From Octopus vulgaris (taxonomy: Eukaryota), in NCBI GenBank assembly GCA_951406725.2, contig OX597828.1, positions 33,418,001-33,482,000 on the forward strand: a stretch of 64,000 nucleotides of DNA. The letters are read 5' to 3'. A program made the position numbers and the translations under genes. Under the pieces are notes generated by a model, which was not told the DNA's origin, searched no databases, and saw only the letters and a program-made list of their open reading frames with translations. This document shows, in pieces, positions 28,136 to 40,455 of this stretch (positions are counted from its first letter, which is position 1; every line of letters begins with the position of its first letter).

Positions 28136-29098
28136 GTGGTGGTTGTCTATTCCTTATGCAGAGTTTGACCATCTCCTGTACCTACACTTTAGATTCATCA
28201 TGGCATCTGATGTGGCTTTTTAAACCAGACATAGCATATGTATACGCGTGTGTGTGTGTGTGTGTGTGTATGTTTGTGTGTATGTGTATGTGTGTGTGTG
28301 TTATAGGTGTTATATTTGTTATATTTCTTATATGTGTATTCGTGTGTGAGTGCGAAGGAGCATGATTAGATTGAAGAATACCAATTGTATCCCATCACCA
28401 GTGCTGCGTTGGCGTCTACAATTTAAGACATGTAAACATCATCTCACCTTTCAATGGTAGCCAAAAGGTGGTGCAAAATTTCGACGCTAATTTCCATGAA
28501 ATTGACGTGCGCAGCAAATTTCACGTTTGTAAGCATAAAATTGACATCAAATGTTTAGTTGGCATTGCTGGATTCAACTCATTGCATGTAGTTCTAGGAT
28601 GGATAGGATCCGCTAACATATAATCAGAAATCTTTAGCGATGAAATTATAATCAAAACTGTGAAGAAACACACTAACCATTATATACATACACACATACA
28701 TACACACATGCATACATAAATACATACATGCATACGTACATAAATGCAGACAAGCACACACACACACACACACACATACACATAGTCACACACATATATA
28801 TAAGCCGGAACAGATGCCGGAATGTATCTAATGAGACGTTCTAGCAATCCTGGCAATTCACTGCCCTGGTTGGTACCGAATTTATCCAACCCGAAAGAAT
28901 GAAAGCAAATTGACCTGAGTGAGATTCGATCTCTCAGAGCGAGGAGAAACGGAACTGTGCTGTAATGCATTTATCGGAGTATCTAACCAGGCTAACTTTT
29001 CAGCGCTCCTATATATATGTATATATATATATGTATATATATATATGTACATACATACATACATATGTACATACATACATACATACATACATACATAC

Positions 29099-29160
<62 letters not shown>

Positions 29161-29166
29161 GTAGAC

Positions 29167-29215
<49 letters not shown>

Positions 29216-29236
29216 TACAGATAGATAGATAGATAA

Positions 29237-29313
<77 letters not shown>

Positions 29314-29391
29314 CACACACATATACATATATGTATGTACGCATATATGTGTATATTTATATGTGTGTACATCTATGTATGCTTATATGCA

Positions 29392-29692
29392 GGCGCATAG
29401 CTCAGTGGTGAGAGAGTCGGGATCTCAATAATGTGTTAGTGAGTTCGATTCCCTGACCGGTCTCTGAGTTGCGTTCTTGAGCAAGACACTTTATTTCGCG
29501 TTGCTCCAGTTCACTCAGCTATAGAAATGAGTTGCAGCGTCATTGGTGCCAAATTGTATCAGCCTTTGCCTTTCCTTTGGAAAACATTTGTAGAAGGGAA
29601 ACTGGTAAGCATGGGTGTCTGCTAGTCTTCACTATGCAACCTTCTATGTGTAAAATCGCAGTCATTCATGACCAAAGGAGGTCTTTATTCCT
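29392..29692 (+). mobile_element. SINE family C
   Basis: GGCGCATAGCTCAGTGG (A box), GAGTTCGATTCCC (B box), CTTGAGCAAGACACTTTATTTC, GCTCCAGTTCACTCAGCT. Confidence 0.85.
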
Positions 29693-29835
29693 ATATATAT
29701 ATATCACCGTGATCACGTGACCGACCAGGCTATCAGATGTTGCTACACATCGCTGGTTACAATGCGCTTCGCATTGTTTTAGCCTTCAAATGACGCTACC
29801 CCGCTGGCTAAGCGAGCAGGCCATATATATATATA

Positions 29836-30160
29836 TATAAGAAGGATGACGACTAAATGGACATCTATATGCTGGAAGTCGACCCCCTATGGGGGAGGAG
29901 GGCAGAACGTATGGTGGGCCAGAACGTAATCGAGGAAGACAAATGAAAAGATACAAAATACAAAGATTAATCACAAACCAGTTTTGTTGCTACCACTTAC
30001 GTAATCACTTATGTAGATGTCCGCAACTCGTCAGTGTCATCGTCATAGTAATATATAATTTGCAGAACTATACACGGGACATCCGCATGAGATTGAGTAT
30101 GTATATAGTTCTACCAATTACATTTGGGGTTATAATTCAAAAGTCTTTGTTTTGGTGTGC
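29836..30160 (-). mobile_element. PLE-type pseudo-LTR fragment with a hammerhead motif at 29969-30041
   Basis: Reverse-complement paralogue of 30465-30810. The minus strand reads GATGACA-CTGACGA-GTTGC...GCAAC-AAAA-CTGG-TT-TGTGATT. Confidence 0.7.
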
Positions 30161-30250
30161 TAAAATACCGGAAATAATTCTGCAGAAAATAATTCTCTGC
30201 CCTGAATTTTGCCGGTTAGAGAACATGATTATTGAAATTTTAATTTAAAA

Positions 30251-30916
30251 TAATAAGGGTGAAAAATTGAATATTAATTTGATTAATATCAATTTAAAAC
30301 CAGTGGTCTAGCATATAGAAAATTCTGAACATTCAGAAAAATTATATTACATACATATAAGAGGGATGACCACTAAGTGGACATCCATATGCTCGAAGTC
30401 TACCCCCTATGGTCTTACCACTAAGAAAGGAATGTCCTCAATGAAATTTGGCAAACGCCAGAACGCGCCAAAACGAAGACTTTTGAAATATAACCCCAAA
30501 TGTAAATAGTAGAACTATATACATGTTCAATCTCATGCGGACGTCTCGTGTATAATTCTTCTGCAAATTATATTTTGCTATGATGATCACACTGACGAGC
30601 TGCGAACAACTACGTAAGTGATTACGTATGTGGCAACAATGAAAGTGGTTTGTGATTAATCTGTATATTTTGTATCTTTTCATTTGTCTTGCCCGCTTAT
30701 GTTCTGGCGTTTTCTAAATTTTCTTGAGAATATTCCTTTCTTAGTGGTAAAACCATAGGGGGTCGACTTCCAGCATATGGATATCCAATTTGTGGTCATC
30801 CCTCTTCTATGTATGTAATATAATTTTTCTGGATCTTCAGATTTTTCTATATGCTAGGCCACTAGCTTTAAATTGATATTAATCAAATTAATATTCAATG
30901 TGTTTCACCCTTATTA
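30251..30916 (+). mobile_element. PLE-type 3' fragment (30465-30916) preceded by an inverted copy of its own 3' end (30251-30464)
   Basis: 30251-30464 is a reverse complement of ~30701-30916. Hammerhead motif at 30585-30657. It ends TTTCACCCTTATT like the PLE tail at 8678. Confidence 0.75.
30585..30657 (+). ncRNA. Degenerate type I hammerhead motif with extended stem II
   Basis: GATCACA-CTGACGA-GCTGC..TACGTAA(gtga)TTACGTA..GCAAC-aat-GAAA-GTGG-TT-TGTGATT. Stem I is GATCACA/TGTGATT. Confidence 0.65.
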
Positions 30917-30927
30917 TATGTATATAC

Positions 30928-31205
30928 TAAAGCCTTGTGAGTGGATTTGGTAGACGGAAACTGAAAGAAGCCCGTCGTATATATGTATATATATATATAC
31001 GCTTGTGTGTCTGTTTGTCCCCCTAGCATTGCTTGACAACCGATGCTGGTGTGCTTATGTCCCCGTTACTTAGCAGTTCGGCAAAAGAGACCGATAGAAT
31101 AAGTAATGGGCTTACAAAAGAATAATTCCCGGGGTCGAGTTGCTCAATTAAAGGCGGTGCTCCAGCATGGCCGCAGTCAAATGACTGAAACAAGTAAAAG
31201 AGTAA
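30928..31205 (+). mobile_element. SINE family A, 5'-truncated
   Basis: AAAGCCTTGTGAGTGGATTTGGTAGACGGAAACTGAAAGAAGCCCGTCG...ACTGAAACAAGTAAAAGAGTA. Confidence 0.9.
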
Positions 31206-31750
31206 TATATGTACACTTTAATTTAAATGGCTGAAGTTAAAGTGACGCAAAGACCAAGCGTTTCTATGCATACATTACTACTATTTAGCCAATGTCTTAA
31301 ACATTGCTTTTATGTTTTATGCGTTTGTTTCTTTTAGTCTATACTTTTCAAAGGGATTAAGATAGTGAGTGGTGAAATGCATCAGTCCGAGGGGGTAAAT
31401 GACATTGCAAGGCTTAAGAAATATTGATGTAGATAATGCCTTATGTATCGCATTTTTAGCTGTTATTTTTAGTAACCAGTCAGGTGAAGGGAACATACTT
31501 GTGAGTGAATTTATTCCAGCTATGCCCAGCCACAATAGCTCACAGAATGGCATGCTAAAAGTCATACCACCATGATGTTCACAGTATATTAAGTTCACCA
31601 GGTTAGATTTGGATTAGAATGCAAAAATCTACAAGAATTAAAATAATTGCGCCATTTAGGTAGCTTATAGAATTGGTAATAATATCACTGTTGATATTGG
31701 TTCCCTTGCCATTGTTGTTAGCCATAATCTAAATGCCATGAGTCTAAACA

Positions 31751-31819
<69 letters not shown>

Positions 31820-31946
31820 CACGTGTTTAATTGTAGAATTCACCTTACAGAGCCAAAAGTTGTTTCTATTGTACCAACATATTTAATGATATAGATAGTA
31901 TCATTGAAATTAATGAATCCAAAAATACATATGTACATATATATAT

Positions 31947-31977
<31 letters not shown>

Positions 31978-32508
31978 GACTTACACACACAAGAGTTAAA
32001 GAATGGGGTAGACAAGATCCGGGCAACGTATAGCGAGCGGAACCTCAGAAGTGGTAAATATCGAAGCGAACTGTACAGTGCAAGCTACTCTACAGGCCAA
32101 AGATTCTGATTGAATCTCCCGTGTGTTAGCGTGTAGCTCCTTGCGACAATGTCAATTTTCACTTAATCAAGATATACTTGACCCGAAGAGTAACCAGCGG
32201 TATACACCTAATTTGGATATTCTCCACTTCCGAGGTTCCGCTCGCTATGAAACATATATAGCCCGGATCTTATCTACTCCATTCCTTATCTCTTGTATTC
32301 TTATTCAAACACCCAACAACCATGGTCGTCTACCGTGAAATATAAAAAGAGCTTTCTTCAGTTTGTCGTTCTTCGATACGAAAAGTATCTACAACCTCAC
32401 ATCTCAATAAACCACTACTGTCCCAGAGAGTTGTATTTTTTATATTTGCTTCAAGCTAACTTTCTTCCTACAAGTAAATCCTTGGATCTTATATACATAC
32501 ATATATAC

Positions 32509-32545
<37 letters not shown>

Positions 32546-32721
32546 ACGATTTTCTACAAACTTTCCGTCTACTAATTTCACTCACATGGCATTGTGTCAA
32601 CCAGGAGTAATAGTAGAAGACATTCTCCCAAATTGCCGCACAGTGGGATTGAACCTGAAACTACGTGGCTGCAAAGTGATTTTCTTAACCACATTTTCAT
32701 GCTTTCTTTATAATTTTTTTT

Positions 32722-33530
32722 TGTTCTTGGCGCTTATTTATTGCCACTATCCTTGCTAATTTAATTAGAAACTGTGTTTTTTTGCTTTATATTAATGTTA
32801 ATGGAAATTTGTCACCTCCAGAAGAAAGGGCGCCTCTTGGAATAAATACAATTTTCCTGTGTTGTGGACCCTGAATCGTAATTCCTACTGTGATGATGTT
32901 TATTCTAATTCGTTGAATAATTAAACGGGCATCATTACACATTAGCATTTTCTCGGTCTATACGTAGTAGAATTAATCACTATAGAATTAGTCTTTAATT
33001 TTAATGTGTGTTGGCAAGCCAGAAGCATTTCGGGTCTTTAAATATTCTGTTGTAAATTCAGAAGTGTCATCTTGATCAGGAGAGTTATTATGAGTGAACA
33101 ATACGTTTCATCACCCGGAAAACGGTTCAATATTTCTTCATTTATTAATTCGATGAAGATAATTGTTAGAGCTAAAATCCCTATTTCAGAGACTTTTCAG
33201 ACACAAGAATGCATTTTTGTACGCTGCCTTTTTCAAAAACTGAGGCTGAGATTTGAGAACTTACCAGCATTAATAGATTTTTCTGGAATCTTAATATCTC
33301 CCTTTTTTCTCTTCAAGTTCAACGTCATTTCCTAGACGAAGGAAAAAGTTGTTGAATTCAAGTTTTTTTTTATTCCTCTGCATTTTCTGGGTTTGATTTT
33401 AGTCGAATGTTGATTGTCACGTGCAGTATAATGACACATCCCCTTAATGATAAATTATTAAAACTGGTGTCATGAGTCTTTTCTCTGTTCCCACTTTTAA
33501 TTCCAATCCCCACGAAAATTACAAGATTTC
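32722..33530 (-). pseudogene. Helitron Pif1-like helicase remnant
   Basis: Minus strand, across frameshifts: INEEILNRFPGDETY...EFTTEYLKTRNASGLPTH.LKLK...LMCNDARLII...IVFIPRGAL...FPL...QFLIKLARIVAINKRQ. This is colinear with the Helitron consensus EFLNSL..GLPPH.L.LK / LCNGTRL / IPRI / RQFP..LA.AMTINKSQG. Confidence 0.8.
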
Positions 33531-33591
33531 TTCTAAAAAAATAAAGCTAATTCACATGACGTAGCTAGTACGTTTTCATGTGTCAAATATT

Positions 33592-33739
33592 CTATTACTT
33601 ACATTCGACGGATATTTGTCCTCATCTTGTTTGTTGTTAACACAACGTTTCGGCTGATACACCCTCCATCCTTCATCAGTTGTCTTGGAAATTTCGAACC
33701 TGGGTTCTCATTCCTAAGGTATTTTTCGATATTATCATC

Positions 33740-33801
<62 letters not shown>

Positions 33802-33879
33802 CATTATTATTATTCAGGTCACTGCCTGGAATCGAACTCGGAATCTTGGGGTTAGTAGCCCACGCTGTTAACCACTACC
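33592..33879 (-). mobile_element. tRNA-head/hammerhead SINE, most complete copy
   Basis: Minus strand: GTAGTGGTTAACAGCGTGGGCTACTAACCCCAAGATTCC-GAGTTCGATTCC (B box, 33828-33839)-AGGCAGTGACCTG-(AAT)n-ATCGAAAAATACCTTAGGAATGAGAACCCAGGTTCGAAATTTCC, hammerhead, then AACAACAAACAAGATGAGGACAAATATCC. Confidence 0.85.
33639..33684 (-). ncRNA. Minimal type I hammerhead ribozyme motif
   Basis: GACAA-CTGATGA-A-GGATG(gagggtgtat)CAGCC-GAAA-CG-TT-GTGTT. Palindromic stem III ACGT, with single mismatches in stems I and II relative to the 2513 copy. Confidence 0.75.
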
Positions 33880-34110
33880 TATTTCTTTACTACCCACAAG
33901 GGGCTAAACACAGAGAGGACAAACAAGGACAAACAAACGGATTAAGTCGATTATATCGACCCCAGTGCGTAACTGGTACTTAATTTATCGACCCCGAAAG
34001 GATGAAAGGCAAAGTCGACCTCGGCGGAATTTGAACTGAGAACGTAACGGCAGACGAAATACAGCTACGCATTTCGCCCGGCATGCTAATGATTCTGCCA
34101 GCTCGCCGCC
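33880..34110 (-). mobile_element. SINE family B, full length, nested in the hammerhead SINE, 12-bp TSD
   Basis: TTAACCACTACC duplicated at 33868-33879 and 34111-34122. Head GGCGGCGAGCTGGCAGAATC, B box GTTCAAATTCC. Confidence 0.92.
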
Positions 34111-34122
34111 TTAACCACTACC

Positions 34123-34235
34123 GTTGTGTTAACCACTAAAGCGTTGTGTTAACAACAAGATGAGGGCAAATATCTGTTTAATGTGAATAATGTAAATAAT
34201 GTAAATAATTCCTCTTCTCTCAAATATACAACCGT
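34123..34235 (+). mobile_element. Plus-strand 3' portion of the hammerhead SINE, inverted partner of 33592-33879
   Basis: CGTTGTGTTAACAACAAGATGAGGGCAAATATC...AATGTAAATAATTCCTCTTCTCTCAAATATACAACCGT. Confidence 0.8.
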
Positions 34236-34742
34236 ATTAAAATTCTAGTTAATAGATCTAGAAGGAAAGAAAAAGACATCAGAATAATAGAATCGTCTAT
34301 AATTCTTTCAAATTCTGACACAAAGCCAGCAATTTCAAGGGAGTGGTAAATCGATTACATAGACCTCCATATTTGATTGGATCTTCATTTTATCGCTCTC
34401 GACAGAATGAGAAGTAAAGTTGTTTTCAGTGGTGTTTGAACTCCAAATGTAAAAAAAACTAACTGAAAGAAATATCCCTAAGTATTTTGTCCGACGCGCC
34501 AACAATTCTATCTCACCAACTTAACGCCACCTTCTATAATATAAACTGCTTTTCCACTCTGTTTTGAGATATTGGATATAGTACCATAAACCGGATTAAA
34601 CTGGGTCGTCTTAATACAGGCTAAGTTTTCTCCTATCCTCCAAATGTAAGGAAACAACAATGGCGGGTGATGGCTTTTGCTTTTAAAATGTGTCCGTTTT
34701 TACAGCCATATAAAAAAAGTACATCAAGCTATTAGTTAACCT

Positions 34743-34866
34743 GTTGTGTCTGGGGAGAGTCATTCTCTTTTAGTGCCTTATAATTTAACACATTCACTCG
34801 TAAAATTTCCCAATTATTTCTTTTTTATTTTTCTGAAATTTTCGTTGTGTCTTGCAACCTTTTCAA
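34743..34866. mobile_element. Short unclassified insertion with a 10-bp TSD
   Basis: TAGTTAACCT at 34733-34742 and 34867-34876. Confidence 0.6.
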
Positions 34867-35439
34867 TAGTTAACCTATTTTTTTATTTCTTTACCTTTTC
34901 CTTCTAAACATTTATTCATTCTCTTTAAAATTTCGAAGCTCTTCAACCCATTCTCTCTGCAAACGTTCAAGCTAAATAACTTAGGCGTTGTCACTGGAGG
35001 GCAATTATTTAAAAAGAATCTATTCTCATTAAACAATGGTATATTGCCGTATGGAACCAATTATTTCAGTTCCCCCTAATAGATAGATTTCCAGCTATGA
35101 AATTTCTTTTATCAAAGTGCAATAATATATATCTTGTGCTCTGCAGGATTGTAGTAAAGAACAATCCAACAAAAAGAACCTAACGTTTTGATTGTGAAAC
35201 AGGAGCATACGCCATTGTATGATAATATTCACAATCATTCTGTCTTAAACTCATTTGACTTCAATTCCATTGTAAATAGTAGAAACTTTGCCATTGACAA
35301 TTCTCCCATCTACAATAAGTATGTAATATGATGCACTAAATTTCTCAGGTAAAAAAAGGTTCCCAATTTTGGGGCGGAAACAAAGTACACACGTTTGGTA
35401 TTGTGATGAGTCAAAAGTTTTCCAATATTTTACTGACTT

Positions 35440-35650
35440 AAGGCGGCGAGCTGACAGAAACCTTAGCGCGCCGGGCGAAATGCTTTGCGGTATTTTGTTT
35501 GTCTTTACGTTCTGAGTTCAAATTCCACCTAGGTCGTCTTTGCCTTTCATCCTTTCGGGGTCGATAAATTAAGTACCAGTTGCGTACGGGGTCGATGTAA
35601 TCGAATGGTCCCCTACCCAGAAATTTCAGGCCTTGTACCTAGAACAGAAA
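35440..35650 (+). mobile_element. SINE family B
   Basis: AAGGCGGCGAGCTGACAGAAACCTTAGCGCGCCGGGCGAAATGC...GAGTTCAAATTCC...TTTCATCCTTTCGGGGTCGATAAATTAAGTACCAG. Confidence 0.88.
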
Positions 35651-35699
35651 AGAATATTTTAGTAACTTATGTGCTTTGTTTAAGCTACGACAAAAGAAG

Positions 35700-36400
35700 C
35701 CTAAGCTTCTAAGCGGAGGCCATCCTGATGTACAGTCTGAAGTCATCTTTCTACCAATTCTTTGACCCCAAGCTGATACCAGTTCTTTTACTTCGAGGGA
35801 AAGAACTCCTTCACTGAATCTTTCACCGCCTCTTGGTGAAGCGTCGCTAGTTCAAGAAGTGAGCCATGGATTGAAACAAGTAATAATCCGAGAGAGATAG
35901 TTTTTCACAATCGTAACGAACATAGACAATGATTAAGCAAGGAGCAGCTTCCGGAACCTGTCACGAAGCAGAGTTGTTTGAAGCACAAGGTGGTGCTCTC
36001 CATCTGATAGAATTATGATGGGATAATTCCCTGTTTTCGTTCTGGAAAATCAAACGACCGATACCAACCTCTACTCCAAACAGCTGGAGGAGATATATGC
36101 CGTTGAGCAGCAAAAATGTCTGGCATTGGTGAACAGAAATCGAGCGTTTCTGCAGCAAGTCAACATAAGACCTCATACCACTCGAACAACCCGCAAGAAA
36201 TTCCAGGGACTTCTGGGAATTGAACTCATACCACTCCAAGCATATAATCCGCACCTAGTTTACTGATATTATTACTTGTTCCGACCCATGGCTCACGTCC
36301 TGCGCTCAAGAAGTTACATCAACCAAGTGGATGTGAAAGATTCAGTGAAGTACAAGAACTTATACTAGTGGAGAATAAAAAGAAATGGCAGAAATGTGGC
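35700..36400 (+). pseudogene. Degraded mariner transposase
   Basis: NLYSKQLEEIY...LVNRNRAFLQQVNIRPHTTRTTRKKF..LGIELIPLQAYNPHL...YYLFRPMAH, compared with consensus LHDNARPH...LGWEVLPHPPYSPDLAPSDYHLF. The 5' boundary is approximate. Confidence 0.7.
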
Positions 36401-37429
36401 TCCACACAACGCAACGCGATGGCCGCTTCTTTCAATGCTAGGTTGCTTTTCTTGTAACTTGATAAAGCAAATAATTCACCAAAATATTGCGAAGCTTTTG
36501 AAGCAGCAGAACAGATTATATATATATGCAGTGCCCCAGCATGACCGCAATCAAATCACAGAAACAAGTAAAAGAATAAAAGAATATGTGTATTAGTTTC
36601 TCTTACTTTTATCCCACGCAACATGCTTTGAAGCATCAGAATTTCATTTAGTATATTTTAAAGAAGGCAAGCATTTTCACAGTTAATTTCAATCCATTCA
36701 CTTAGAGTTCAGGTATTCCTGCCGATGATTTGCAATTTCTTGGTTGTCATTAGGAAATATATATTTTCTTGCAAAATGAACCATTAGAGTTTACGAAAAT
36801 ATATACGAATCCTGTTATTTAAAACCCAAAATCCCCCAGGCTGCTTCGGTTATCAAAGCAGTGATCGCTTATATAATCATTTTCACCTTCTTGATGTTCT
36901 TGAGTATCTGTTTTTCACGTAGTAGTTTATTTTGTCAAGATATTTATGAATCTACTTACTGATATATTATATTGATTTAGCTGCCTTACATGAGTCTACA
37001 TTACATTGGTCAGCATATTTAATGCAGATACGCTTAAAATGTGTTACTACCGATGATTTAAAGCCACGTGTGATGTTTTGACCACAGAATTATTAACACG
37101 TTTATAATTGCATCAGCCGTTAGTGTTCTCGACAGTAATTGCCAAAAAAAAAATCTTTGAAATATTGAATTTTACATTTGTCATCAACAATAGATGGTGC
37201 ATCATCTATAGATGGTCCATCAACTACATGGATCATGTAACATGGAGCTTCTAGATTCGGTAGTTCTACAAATAAAAATCTATAAATGTCCTAGAGATCT
37301 AACTTATAATGCATTTATTAAAAATGCAATGAACGTATGACAATGAGTGAACATATGCCTTGTAACTTTTCTTTTCTATAACATCTCTCTCTTTTTTTTA
37401 CTATATTATTTAATAAATCCTTAATTTCG

Positions 37430-38590
37430 TCCATCGGCCGCCATTTGCCCTGGAAACAATCTGTTTGTAATTTCTTCCTAATCCTGATCGGCTGACGTTA
37501 ATAACGTTTTCCAACATTAATTCTATTGATATGGAGTTGTGAGAAAGAATCTGTAGCCATCTTGGGATTCCAGCGCAGGTTAGGTTATGACTATTCTTTC
37601 TCTAATACCTCACTGCCTCTGAGTCTACATAATTACAAATAGTTTGATACATTTCAGCTGAAAGTTGTTTTTGATTAGACCTCATACTTGAAATCCAGCT
37701 TTTTCAAATTTAGAATACATATCACAACAGTATTCTCGTGCTAAATCACTTGAATAGTAAAGATAATTGAAATCGTCTTCACGTACCGCAGCATATATTT
37801 GTAGTAATCTATTTGTGTAATTTTCTCAGTTTTTCTTGTTATGTCACGTGTAAAGCCAACTTTCTCGCTTCTATCACCAAATGGAAATTGCTATGGAAAC
37901 TGCAGCGGGCCATAATTTGGATGAATAGATTTTATTGTTTGAAGTGAGGCATCTCTCTACAACACCCTGTTTACGTTGCGTAATAAGTCGTTCTGGTTGT
38001 AGGATTTCCAAGTTAGTATCTGACATAATTATCGCAACTTCTTCTGCACTTGACCGATTCTATCTTCGGATACAAATCCAAGAACCTGTTTATTTCCAGG
38101 AATAACCATTAAACATTCTCTAGTATTTACACTATCCAAGTATTCCTTGCTATTATATTGAAATTGAGTTACAAACATGTTAGCTTGTAACGACTTTGAT
38201 TGAGGTAATCTCATGATATCTCTGCCCACTGTGTGTGATATTTGCATTCGCCGATACAGCTGCTATAAGATATCATAAATGTATAGTTAAACAAATTCCG
38301 GTTCTTACTTTCCAGAACTAATTATATTTCAAACTAATCGATGAAATATTCGACCATGTCTCTCATAGTCATTCACAGCAATATATATTTATATTTCCCT
38401 TGGAGAAACATAGTGGGATCTCTACGGTCGCTCTCTCAATATTCCGAATGCTGAGGTGGGATTGCTCATCCTGCGATCTGCCTTGTGAATAAACTTATTA
38501 TCATATAAGCTTGAACTTCTCGGACATGTGAAGCGGTTAGCCTCAATGGCCTCTTGACAACTCTTCCGATAATTCACCGACCGGTGGTTT
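37430..38590 (-). pseudogene. Possible very degraded LINE RT region
   Basis: Only scattered resemblance on the minus strand (GVxxxD-like near 37950-37975). No open frame. Confidence 0.3.
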
Positions 38591-38995
38591 ATGTTTTGGA
38601 ATTATAAAAATATGACAGATAGTGTTGATATCACTCGTATATTAACTTAAAGTGTGGGGAGTTGAAACAAACATCGCCAGATATTCCATCCAATATTCTA
38701 AGAATACTAACAATTCTTCAGCAGTATTCTGTCTGGACAGCTATAGCCTTGAATAATACATCTTGTGTTATAGCGGGTTTTTTACCGGCCTTTACGTGCT
38801 GGGGACAAAAGCTGCATCAACGCTCGTACAAAATTTTATTGGATCTTCTTGTTTTTTGGGTTTTTTTCGACAATACCAGTGCGTGGAGTGGGGAATTTTC
38901 ACTTTATAGTTAACCAACTGGTTATCCACATCAAGAAATTACCAGGGCATCAGCCTTACATATGTGAATATTCCGAACAAGCATGGAAACCCCAC

Positions 38996-39075
<80 letters not shown>

Positions 39076-39224
39076 ATAAATAAGAGTGAGTGAGAAAACG
39101 AATAAAGTGGCAGCCAATACATTTGGTTGAAGTTACATATACTTAATTACAGTTGCACTCTTCTTACATGAAGATTCGCGCGAGTGTAGAATATGTCCAT
39201 CTCATCGCTGTATGTAAGAATATA

Positions 39225-39260
<36 letters not shown>

Positions 39261-39437
39261 TGTATGTATGTATGTATGTATGTATGTATATCGATGATAT
39301 AAGAGGTACTGGTGTCAAGAAGACCCAAAGGTGTCAGGTAATGCTGAGTAAGTGCTATGGACAGACTATAGTTAAGCTCCAGGTTCGATGATTACACGAA
39401 TGATTATATGTATATATATGCGTATATATTAAATATG

Positions 39438-39485
<48 letters not shown>

Positions 39486-39565
39486 TAAATATATATATTA
39501 TATATAATTAGAAATATTGAATTTCTAAATGTCTCAGAGAGACATAAGCGGTGGTGGAGCGATAG

Positions 39566-39810
39566 AGTGGTTGTATACTGTCAACTCAACGTGACAGTCC
39601 CGTAAGGGAATTACACTACCGCCATTTAGCCCTAGGAAACATCAACGTTTCCTGTCGGCTTTGACACATTTTTTGTGTCCTTATATTTCCAAATATAATG
39701 ACACAGAAAATGTGTCAAAGCCGAGAGGAAGCGTTCGATGCTTCCTAGGGCTAAATGGCGGTGGTGTAATTCCCTTACGGGACTGTCACGTTGAGTTGAC
39801 AGTATACAAC

Positions 39811-39814
<4 letters not shown>
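39566..39814. mobile_element. Foldback MITE-like palindrome, ~250 bp
   Basis: AGTGGTTGTATACTGTCAACTCAACGTGACAGTCCCGTAAGGGAATTACAC... is mirrored by ...GTGTAATTCCCTTACGGGACTGTCACGTTGAGTTGACAGTATACAACCACT. Arms are ~120 bp. Confidence 0.9.
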
Positions 39815-39850
<36 letters not shown>

Positions 39851-39862
<12 letters not shown>

Positions 39863-40040
39863 TTAGAGACAAACCCACTATTTTGCAAAACAAACAAGGA
39901 AAGACTTAATCAATACATAAAATTTTAATAAAAAGTAAAGTTTTGTCTCTAATTAATATTATATAATATTTTACTATAAAATTGGATTTAATCCTAAATC
40001 TGATTTTTTCCCTGTAAATTTGGATTTATTCCCTAATATT

Positions 40041-40095
<55 letters not shown>

Positions 40096-40251
40096 TAAAT
40101 TAGAGATAAAACCACTATTAAGCAAATCAAACAATGAAAAACTTAAGCCAATACATAAAATTAATTAATTTATATTATTTAAAATATATATCAAAAGTAT
40201 TAAAATTTAATAAGAGACAATGAGTAAAACACTACGATCGTTTCATGGCTG

Positions 40252-40257
<6 letters not shown>
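39851..40257. mobile_element. Two related PLE-type 3' tail fragments in (TA)n, one with an inversion and one with a half hammerhead
   Basis: ATTAGAGA(C/T)AAA(C/A)CCACTATT starts both pieces. 39851-39873 is mirrored at 39942-39964. The minus strand of 40226-40244 reads GAAA-CGATCG-TA-GTGTTTT. Confidence 0.55.
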
Positions 40258-40303
<46 letters not shown>

Positions 40304-40410
40304 GGAATGGTCATATTGCCAGTTTAGTCAATAAAAACACACGCACTATATATTTGGTGTTATTTTGCTTCAGTGATATTTATTTTTTACATTAATCTTA
40401 ATCTTATTTC

Positions 40411-40455
40411 GGCCAGAGTTCTTTCGTCACACTCCTGTGACCGCATCAGTGGTCC
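40411..40455 (-). ncRNA. Variant type I hammerhead motif, left arm
   Basis: Exact reverse complement of 42098-42142. Confidence 0.65.

Noticed and set aside
31484-31497. GGTGAAGGGAACAT shared with ~2850
   Set aside because: The 14-bp match does not extend and is probably chance.
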